From assembly GCA_035378955.1 (NCBI GenBank), contig DAOSUS010000001.1:20580-84579 (forward strand): a stretch of DNA of 64,000 bases, read 5' to 3'. Position 1 is the first letter of the stretch; each line of letters begins with the position of its first letter. The stretch is from Candidatus Hydrogenedens sp. (lineage in GTDB: Bacteria > Hydrogenedentota > Hydrogenedentia > Hydrogenedentales > Hydrogenedentaceae). Positions 29,469-36,886 of this stretch are shown here, in pieces. Made by a program: the position numbers and the translations under genes. The notes beneath the pieces were generated by a model. It did not search any database and was not told where the DNA came from. It worked only from the letters and a program-made list of their open reading frames with translations.

Positions 29469-30040
29469 CCTATAGGAGATAAAGAATACATAGATTTTAG
29501 AGTCCTCATAATACCATAAAGGATACAAAAACACGAATGAAGAAGGAAAGAAAATCTCTTCCAACTTGACATACACTATTTTTTCTCTTTGTAGATTGGA
29601 TTTCAATTGGTCAAAAAATTATCACCACGAATTACACAAATAGACACGAATAAAAACAAATGGAAAAAAATCTATCATCCATTATTTCATTTAATGAACG
29701 GAACCGTCCTCGCTTCGGGTATTTTTAATTGGATAAATCTTTCAACCACAAAAGATACAAAGATTTTGCACAGAGTTCACAATGTAGGAGCGAAATATGT
29801 TTCGCTCGCACCTTCTCTGTGGTTTTTGTGTGAAATTTCCTTCGTGTCCTCTGTGATTAATTCTTTTTTACTACGAAGAGCACAGAGCTCTTGCACAAAG
29901 TGTACAAAGATGAAAGATCCCGAAGCAGGGATGCTTCATCTACAATCTTCTTGTCCTTATAGTCTTGTCAGGGCATGGCATGCCATGCCCTTACGATTGG
30001 AAAGAAAGAAAGTATAAATCTGCTACCTATCTCCTATAGG
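29469..30040. repeat. Region bounded by a perfect 12-bp inverted repeat (CCTATAGGAGAT at 29469-29480 / ATCTCCTATAGG at 30029-30040), enclosing a ~100-bp repeat element and a 20-bp palindrome
   Basis: Read directly from the sequence. The CCTATAGG core is itself palindromic. Confidence 0.5.
29971..29990. repeat. 20-bp perfect palindrome GGGCATGGCATGCCATGCCC
   Basis: Exactly self-complementary; GC-rich within an AT-rich intergenic region. Confidence 0.8.
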
Positions 30041-30108
30041 TTATCAAATAGGATATCTCTACTAAAACGGAAAGGAAATTATAAATCTATTACCTATGTT
30101 CTATTACC
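30014..30108 (+). promoter_or_regulatory. Array of direct repeats containing TACCTAT upstream of the hdr promoter
   Basis: ATAAATCTGCTACCTAT (30014-30030) and ATAAATCTATTACCTAT (30071-30087); tandem TTACCTATGTTCTA x2 (30081-30108). Confidence 0.45.
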
Positions 30109-30179
30109 TATGTTCTATAGAATTTATTTATTACGATATTTTGTTTTTAATATTTTAAATATAATTATTTTATATTTAT

Positions 30180-30209
30180 TTGACAATATATAGATAATAT
30201 TACTATAAT
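30180..30209 (+). promoter_or_regulatory. Candidate sigma70-type promoter of the hdr-mvh operon
   Basis: TTGACA (30180-30185), an 18-bp spacer, then TATAAT (30204-30209), about 65 nt upstream of the hdrC start. The region is AT-rich, so a chance match is possible. Confidence 0.3.
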
Positions 30210-30273
30210 ACAATATATTATTAGATATATATTTAAAAATAAAAAATTATAATTGTTTTTTATATAAAAAATT

Positions 30274-30873
30274 ATGGCGCAAGAACTAACCACTAAATCA
30301 GTATTATACGAAAGACAGTTAGATGCAAATTTTGCCAACCTAATACAATCGATGCCTGGAGGCGAAAATTTGAGAAGGTGTATTCAATGTGGGACTTGTA
30401 GTGCTACTTGCCCATTTTCCCATGTTATGGATTATACACCTCGCAAGATTATCTATTTAATTAGGGAAGGCTTTAAAGAAGAAGTCATGTCCAGTTTTAC
30501 ACCGTGGCTTTGTGCAAGTTGTTTTTCATGTAGAGTCCGCTGTCCAAAGGAAATTAAAATAACGGATTTAATGTATCTAATAAAGAGAGAAGCAATAAAG
30601 GATAACCATTATCCCCAAAAAGCACCTATTGTGCTTCTAACAAAAGAATCGGTGAAAATGATTCATAAAAACGGTAGAATTTCTGAAAGTTATTTAATGG
30701 GAATTGTTCTACTTAAAGTTAGTTTTCTAAAGTTGCTTCGCATGTCGGGTTTAGGATTAAAAATGCTGTTAACAGGTAGATTTACCTTAATCCCAGAAAA
30801 AATAAAAAGTCGTGGAGAACTAAAGAAAATATTAGCCTTCTCAAATAAAAAAGTAGAGGAAAACAGTAAATGA
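30274..30873 (+). CDS. hdrC: Heterodisulfide reductase subunit C-like (2x[4Fe-4S] ferredoxin domain)
   Basis: Two CxxCxxCxxxCP motifs (CIQCGTCSATCP and CASCFSCRVRCP); first gene of a translationally coupled six-gene operon. Confidence 0.8.
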   Translation: MAQELTTKSVLYERQLDANFANLIQSMPGGENLRRCIQCGTCSATCPFSHVMDYTPRKIIYLIREGFKEEVMSSFTPWLCASCFSCRVRCPKEIKITDLMYLIKREAIKDNHYPQKAPIVLLTKESVKMIHKNGRISESYLMGIVLLKVSFLKLLRMSGLGLKMLLTGRFTLIPEKIKSRGELKKILAFSNKKVEENSK

Positions 30874-31739
30874 AATACTTTTACTATCCAGGTTGCTCTT
30901 TAAGAGGTATGGGAAAGGCATATGAAGAATCATGGTTAAAAGTGTGCCAAAAAATAGGTCTTCAATTAGAAGAAGTTAAAGATTGGAATTGTTGTGGTTC
31001 TACAACTTACCTTGGGTTCGATGAAATTAAATCATTAGTTTTGGTTTCAAGAAACCTTGCTATGTTAGAGAAAGAAGGGGGTAGTGAGGTTATTACACCC
31101 TGTATTGCTTGTTATTATCTCTTTAATAGGACAAATCATAATTTAAGGGACTATCCTCAATTAAAAACAGAAACAAATAAGATGTTACAAGAAGTAGGAT
31201 TAACCTATTCTGGAAATGTCAAAGTTAGGCACCCTTTAGATATCTTAGTTAATGATGGCTGGATGGAGAAAATATCTCAAAACATAGAAAAGCGACTGGA
31301 GCGTTTTAAAGCTGTTTGTTATTATGGCTGTCAACTTCTCAGACCCTATTGCGAGTTTGATAACCCGAGCAATCCTAAAAATATGGATATATTAGTTGGC
31401 CTCACAGGAGTTGATGTTTTAGATTATCCATTAAAGACTAAATGTTGTGGAGCAATTATAACTTCAAATATTCCCGAAAAAGGACTTGAACTTGTTTATG
31501 TTTTATTAAAGGAAGCAAAGAAAAGAAATGCGGATTTTATCGTGGTTACATGTCCTTTATGTCAATTTAATTTAGAATTTCAGCAAGAAAAGATTATGAA
31601 AATATATGAGGAAGATATTGGGTTACCCATATTGTATTACACACAAGTTCTGGGGTTGGCAATGGGTCTCTCCTTAAAAGAGTTAGGAATTAGACGTTGT
31701 TTAACACTAACACCAGAATTTGAGCGAGCTTTAATATGA
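30870..31739 (+). CDS. hdrB: Heterodisulfide reductase subunit B-like (two CCG domains)
   Basis: Cys-rich CCG motifs (NCCGSTTY..., CYYGCQ...KCCGA); 4-nt overlaps on both sides. Confidence 0.8.
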   Translation: MKYFYYPGCSLRGMGKAYEESWLKVCQKIGLQLEEVKDWNCCGSTTYLGFDEIKSLVLVSRNLAMLEKEGGSEVITPCIACYYLFNRTNHNLRDYPQLKTETNKMLQEVGLTYSGNVKVRHPLDILVNDGWMEKISQNIEKRLERFKAVCYYGCQLLRPYCEFDNPSNPKNMDILVGLTGVDVLDYPLKTKCCGAIITSNIPEKGLELVYVLLKEAKKRNADFIVVTCPLCQFNLEFQQEKIMKIYEEDIGLPILYYTQVLGLAMGLSLKELGIRRCLTLTPEFERALI

Positions 31740-33727
31740 AAACAAATAACAAGGAAATACGAATCGGTTTTTATATCTGTCATTGTGGGACAAATATTGC
31801 AGGCGTAGTAGATGTAGACAAAGTAAGAGAGTTTATAGTGAAAAAAGATAATGTTGTGGTGTCACGTAACTACAAATATATGTGTTCTGACCCAGGTCAG
31901 GAGTTAATACAAAAAGATATTCAAGAACATAGGTTAAACAGAATTGTTGTGGCGTCCTGCTCGCCATTACTTCATGAAAAAACTTTTAGAAATACTTTAG
32001 AAAAAGCAGGTTTAAATCCATTCTATCTTCAAATGGTTAATGTTAGAGAACATGTAGCTTGGGTTCATTCAGATAATGAAAAAGCCACTGAAAAAGCAAA
32101 GGCTTTGTGCAATGCAGCAATAAATAGGGTTAGGCATAATAAACCTCTTGAGAAAAAAAGAGTATCATTTCACCAAGATGTTTTAATTATAGGAGGGGGT
32201 ATTGCAGGCATACATTCTGCTTTGACATTAGCCTCTGGTGGCAAGAAGGTTTATCTCGTTGAGAAAAAGCCTACCATTGGTGGACACATGGCAATGTTCG
32301 ACAAAACATTCCCTACTCTGGACTGTGCCGCTTGCATTTTAACTCCTAAAATGTCTGCCATTAAAGAAAATAAAAATATAATACTCTGGACCAATTCAGA
32401 AGTGATAAAGATAGAAGGATATGTGGGAAACTTCAAAGTTACGATTAAGAGAAATCCTCGATATGTTAGGGAAGATTTGTGTATAGGATGTGGGCAATGT
32501 GTAGAAAATTGTTTCTATAAAGAGGCAAAATTTCCCGATGAGTTTAATTTAGGCTTAAGCAAGCGAAAACCTATTTACATACCTTTTCCACAAGCCATAC
32601 CCAATTCCGCCATAATTGATGATAAGACATGCATCCATTTCAAGACGGGAAAATGTAAACAGATGTGCCTATCTGCCTGTGAACGCAATGCTATTGATTT
32701 CAATCAAAAAGAAGAGTTAAGAGAAATTCAGGTTGGTGCTATTATTGTTGCCACCGGCTTCAAAACATACGATCCTATAAAGGAGCCCGAATATGGTTAT
32801 GGAGTTTATCCTAATGTATATACTTCACTTGAAGTAGAAAGACTGATTAATGCGTCGGGTCCCACTGCCGGTGAGGTAATATTAAGAGATGGGACAAAAC
32901 CCAAATCAATTGGTATTATTCATTGCATTGGTTCACGCAGTGAAAAAGCCAATAAATGGTGTTCTCGTGTTTGTTGTATGTACTCTTTGAAACTTGCCTA
33001 TTTACTAAAAAAACATACTCATGCAGAAATTTACAATTTCTATATTGATATGCGTACCCCGGGTAAAATGTATGAAGAATTTTATGATAGGCTTTTAACA
33101 GAGGGGGTACATTTTATCCGTGGGAAGGTTGCCGAAGTAACAGATATTTCCCTTGTGAAGGAAGAAGAGGGAAAACTAATATTAAGAGTTGAAGATACTT
33201 TAGCAAGTGTCATTAGGAGAATCCCTGTAGATATGGTAGTTCTATCAGTAGGTTTGGAACCCTCCGAAGACACACAAAAACTCGCACATATATTAAACAT
33301 AGGTCTTTCCGCTGAAGGCTTTTTCCAGGAAAGGCACCCTAAATTGGCTCCTGTCAGTACCTTTTCAGAGGGCATTTTTATTGCTGGATGTTGTCAAGGA
33401 CCTAAAGACATCCCTGATACCGTAGCGCAAGCAGGTGCTTCTGCTGCGGAGGCAATGGCTATGATTGATGCAGGATATTTTGAAATAGAACCCATTACTG
33501 CTTATGTGCTGGATGAATTTTGTAGTGGATGTAAATCCTGCATTAATATTTGTCCTTACTCTGCTATTTCTTATGACGAATCGAAGAAAAAAGTATTTGT
33601 AAATGAGACTTTATGCAAAGGATGCGGTACTTGTAGTGCTACTTGTCCGAGTGGTGTTATGAAACAAAATCTTTTCGAGGATGAACAAATATTGAATGAA
33701 ATTGAAGGACTTCTTGTGTATGAGTGA
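31736..33727 (+). CDS. hdrA: Heterodisulfide reductase subunit A-like flavoprotein (FAD plus multiple FeS clusters)
   Basis: FAD-binding motif VLIIGGGIAGIHSA; several CxxCxxCxxxCP ferredoxin motifs; the N-terminal Cys cluster typical of HdrA. Confidence 0.85.
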   Translation: MKTNNKEIRIGFYICHCGTNIAGVVDVDKVREFIVKKDNVVVSRNYKYMCSDPGQELIQKDIQEHRLNRIVVASCSPLLHEKTFRNTLEKAGLNPFYLQMVNVREHVAWVHSDNEKATEKAKALCNAAINRVRHNKPLEKKRVSFHQDVLIIGGGIAGIHSALTLASGGKKVYLVEKKPTIGGHMAMFDKTFPTLDCAACILTPKMSAIKENKNIILWTNSEVIKIEGYVGNFKVTIKRNPRYVREDLCIGCGQCVENCFYKEAKFPDEFNLGLSKRKPIYIPFPQAIPNSAIIDDKTCIHFKTGKCKQMCLSACERNAIDFNQKEELREIQVGAIIVATGFKTYDPIKEPEYGYGVYPNVYTSLEVERLINASGPTAGEVILRDGTKPKSIGIIHCIGSRSEKANKWCSRVCCMYSLKLAYLLKKHTHAEIYNFYIDMRTPGKMYEEFYDRLLTEGVHFIRGKVAEVTDISLVKEEEGKLILRVEDTLASVIRRIPVDMVVLSVGLEPSEDTQKLAHILNIGLSAEGFFQERHPKLAPVSTFSEGIFIAGCCQGPKDIPDTVAQAGASAAEAMAMIDAGYFEIEPITAYVLDEFCSGCKSCINICPYSAISYDESKKKVFVNETLCKGCGTCSATCPSGVMKQNLFEDEQILNEIEGLLVYE

Positions 33728-34196
33728 ACAAAACTGGGAACCTAAAATCATTGCGTTTTTCTGTAATTGGTGTACTTATACCGCTGCAGACCTGGCAGGA
33801 GTATCTAAGTTATCCTATGCCCCCAATGTGAGGATAATTAGAGTAATGTGCTCAGGTAGAGTAGACCCTCAATTTGTATTGTCTGCCTTTGCGAATGGAG
33901 CCGACGGCGTTTTAATCGGGGGCTGTCACCCTGGAGATTGCCACTATAGCGAGGGAAATTATAAAACTCTCCGAAGAATCTCTTTGCTAAAGAAAATGTT
34001 AACTCAATTTGGAATTGAATATGATAGGGTGCGACTGGAATGGATATCCGGTGCAGAAGGTGAAAAGGTAAAGACTGTTATAAACGAAATGACAGACAAA
34101 ATAAGAAAATTAGGACCACTAAATCTACCTGAAAAATTTATTACCTGGGATAGAGAATTAGAAAAACTAGACAGAGAGTCTGAATATATAAATTGA
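33720..34196 (+). CDS. mvhD: Methyl-viologen-reducing hydrogenase delta subunit
   Basis: MvhD/FlpD pattern (IIAFFCNWCTYTAADLAG...RVMCSGRVDP...GGCHPGDCHY). The start is likely the ATG at 33720, giving an 8-nt overlap with hdrA. Confidence 0.8.
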   Translation: MSEQNWEPKIIAFFCNWCTYTAADLAGVSKLSYAPNVRIIRVMCSGRVDPQFVLSAFANGADGVLIGGCHPGDCHYSEGNYKTLRRISLLKKMLTQFGIEYDRVRLEWISGAEGEKVKTVINEMTDKIRKLGPLNLPEKFITWDRELEKLDRESEYIN

Positions 34197-34208
34197 GGAA
34201 ATAGAACA

Positions 34209-35186
34209 ATGTCTTCAAAGCCGAAAGTAGCATTTTATTGGTGTGCTTCTTGTGGAGGTTGTGAAGAAGCAGTAGTTGATTTGGCAGAAGATATACTTGA
34301 AGTTGTAAAGTTAGTAGACATTGTATTTTGGCCAGTTGCCATGGACTTTAAAAAGAGAGATGTGGAAGCATTACCAGATAAATCAATTAATATTGCATTT
34401 ATTAATGGGGCAATTCGAACCTCCGAACAAAAAGAAATTGCTCATTTATTGAGAGAAAAGTCCCATTTAATTGTAGCCTTTGGCTCTTGTGCCTGTTTTG
34501 GTGGCATTCCTGCTCTTGCTAACCTCTACAGTAAGTTTGAAGTTTTAAATGATGTTTATATTGAGTCTCCAACTGTTGATAACGATACTAAATTGCTCCC
34601 TCAAACTACATCTGCTGATAATAATGGAAAACAGTTAGAATTACCTAAATTTTATAACCAGGTAAGGGCTTTAGATGAGGTCATTTCGGTAGATTATTAC
34701 CTGCCGGGTTGTGCTCCAACACCGAAATTAATAGCTAATGCTGTAAATACATTACTCGGTGGTAATTTGCCAGCTGCAGGTTCTACATTACTACCGGACA
34801 TAGCCCTTTGTGAAGAATGCCCGAGAAAAGACTCTAAACCCACAGACCTTTCGATTACAGAATATAAAAGGATTTGTGAAAATCTTGTGGACTCTGAAAA
34901 ATGTTTATTGGCTCAAGGGTTTCTATGCTTGGGTCCCGTAACTCGTGGTGGCTGCGAGGCTCTATGTATAAATGGAAATATGCCTTGTACAGGATGTACT
35001 GGTCCCACATCGAGAATAGTAGACTTTGGCGCAAAAGCAGTATCTATGTTTGCATCGTTGTCCAGTGGAAAAAACGAAGAGGAAATAGAGAAAAACTATG
35101 CACAAATAATAGACCCTGTAGGCACTTTTTATAGATATCATCTTTCAAAAAGTTTATTAAAAGGAAAACTTGAGAGGGGAATATAG
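34209..35186 (+). CDS. mvhG: [NiFe] hydrogenase small subunit (MvhG-type)
   Basis: N-terminal Cys cluster WCASCGGCEE and a further FeS Cys set; it sits immediately upstream of the large subunit. Confidence 0.8.
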   Translation: MSSKPKVAFYWCASCGGCEEAVVDLAEDILEVVKLVDIVFWPVAMDFKKRDVEALPDKSINIAFINGAIRTSEQKEIAHLLREKSHLIVAFGSCACFGGIPALANLYSKFEVLNDVYIESPTVDNDTKLLPQTTSADNNGKQLELPKFYNQVRALDEVISVDYYLPGCAPTPKLIANAVNTLLGGNLPAAGSTLLPDIALCEECPRKDSKPTDLSITEYKRICENLVDSEKCLLAQGFLCLGPVTRGGCEALCINGNMPCTGCTGPTSRIVDFGAKAVSMFASLSSGKNEEEIEKNYAQIIDPVGTFYRYHLSKSLLKGKLERGI

Positions 35187-35189
35187 AGT

Positions 35190-36662
35190 ATGGAACAACA
35201 ACTAAAAAGGAAAGTCTCTATTGACCCGATTACTCGTTTAGAAGGGCATGGAAGAATAGAAATATTTTTTGATGATAATAAAAATGTCGAAAAAGCATAT
35301 TTACAGATTCCTGAGTTAAGAGGTTTTGAAAAATTTTGTGAAGGTAGACTTCCGGAAGATATGCCCCAAATAACTTCGAGAATTTGTGGTGTGTGTCCAA
35401 CCGCACATCACATAGCAAGTGCAAAGACGCTTGATAAATTATTTAATGTAGAGTCTACTCCTACTGCGAAAAAAATAAGGGAACTCGTTTACAATGCATT
35501 TATGTTTGAAGACCATGCTCTTCACTTCTACATTCTCGGAGGTCCTGATTTTATTGTTGGCACCGGCGCACCAAAAGAATTAAGAAATGTAATTGGTGTA
35601 ATTCAAAAAGTAGGAACTGATATTGCAAAACAACTAATTTCTATTCGAAAGAGAAATCGGGAACTTATTTCTTATTTAGGGGGTAAAGTAATACATCCCG
35701 TATTAGGTTTACCAGGTGGAGTGGCTAAAGGTATTGATGAAGATGAGTTATCAAAAATTAAGCAATTGGCTCAGGATAACTTAGAATTTGCCCTTTTTAC
35801 TCTTGACACATTTAAGCGAATCATACTTGAAAACCACGAGTATTTAAATTTAGTTACTTCTCCGGCATATACTCATCAGACTTACTATATGGGGATGGTA
35901 GACTCTGGAAATAGAGTAAACTTTTACGACGGAATGATAAGGGTTGTAGACCCAAATGGAAAAGAGTATGTAAAATTCGACCCTCGGGAATACCGAAACC
36001 ATATAGGTGAACATGTAGAGCCTTGGACATATATAAAGTTTTGCTATCTTAAAAATGTTGGTTGGAAAGGCTTCAAAGATGGCATAGACAGTGGAATTTA
36101 TTGCGTAGCCCCACTTGGGCGATTAAACGCATGTGAAAGTATGGCTACTCCTAAGGCACAACAGGCTTATGAAGAGTATATAAAAACTTTAGGTAAACCG
36201 GTGCATTACACACTTGCTACTCATTGGGCACGGATTATTGAAATAATATATGCAAGCGAACGAATGATAGAACTTGTAAATGACCCTGAGATAACGGGAA
36301 AAGATTTGAGAAATATTCCTTCTAAAGTGGGAGAAATTGGAATTGCAGCAGTTGAAGCCCCTAGAGGCACTTTATTCCACCATTATGAAACAGACTCAAA
36401 AGGTTTACTTAGGAAAGTCAACCTCATCGTGGCTACACAAAATAACGCGGGGAGAATATCTCTTAGTATAGATAAATCTGCAAAGGAGTTAATGAAAAAT
36501 GGGGATGGGAGTATTACTGAGGAACTGCTCAATAAAATAGAAATGGCTTTTAGAGCCTATGACCTCTGTTTTGGCTGTGCTACCCATTACCTTCCAAGCA
36601 AACTTCCTTTCATAATTATCCTGCGAAATTCGCAAGGAAAAATAATAAAGAGAATTTTCTAA
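35190..36662 (+). CDS. mvhA: [NiFe] hydrogenase large subunit (MvhA-type)
   Basis: N-terminal RxCGxC (RICGVCPTAHH) and C-terminal DLCFGCATH Ni-binding motifs, with a C-terminal extension for endopeptidase processing. Confidence 0.9.
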   Translation: MEQQLKRKVSIDPITRLEGHGRIEIFFDDNKNVEKAYLQIPELRGFEKFCEGRLPEDMPQITSRICGVCPTAHHIASAKTLDKLFNVESTPTAKKIRELVYNAFMFEDHALHFYILGGPDFIVGTGAPKELRNVIGVIQKVGTDIAKQLISIRKRNRELISYLGGKVIHPVLGLPGGVAKGIDEDELSKIKQLAQDNLEFALFTLDTFKRIILENHEYLNLVTSPAYTHQTYYMGMVDSGNRVNFYDGMIRVVDPNGKEYVKFDPREYRNHIGEHVEPWTYIKFCYLKNVGWKGFKDGIDSGIYCVAPLGRLNACESMATPKAQQAYEEYIKTLGKPVHYTLATHWARIIEIIYASERMIELVNDPEITGKDLRNIPSKVGEIGIAAVEAPRGTLFHHYETDSKGLLRKVNLIVATQNNAGRISLSIDKSAKELMKNGDGSITEELLNKIEMAFRAYDLCFGCATHYLPSKLPFIIILRNSQGKIIKRIF

Positions 36663-36886
36663 AAAATCATTCCTTAATGTTTCAAAATTATAAACCTAAA
36701 TAGGAGCGGTAAGAAAAAACAGCGCTTTTTACCTTCAATTCTCTGCTTTTACCTCTCCAATTCTATAAAAAATAAAACATAGGTAACAGGTTTATATTTT
36801 CTCGGATAATGAATCCAGTTTACATTCCCACTCAAACTTAAATAAAGAATAAAGTAGGTATTACCTATAATCTATAAAGATTCTTG

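Noticed and set aside
29607-30017. 136-aa plus-strand ORF in the AT-rich region upstream of hdrC
   Set aside because: It spans the repeat element and the 20-bp palindrome. It has no RBS, odd composition, and lies in an obviously non-coding repeat-rich leader. It is most likely spurious.
36690-36740. AAAAAACAGCGCTTTTT segment after mvhA as a terminator
   Set aside because: The AGCGCT centre leaves no loop and the arms pair poorly, so it is not a convincing hairpin.
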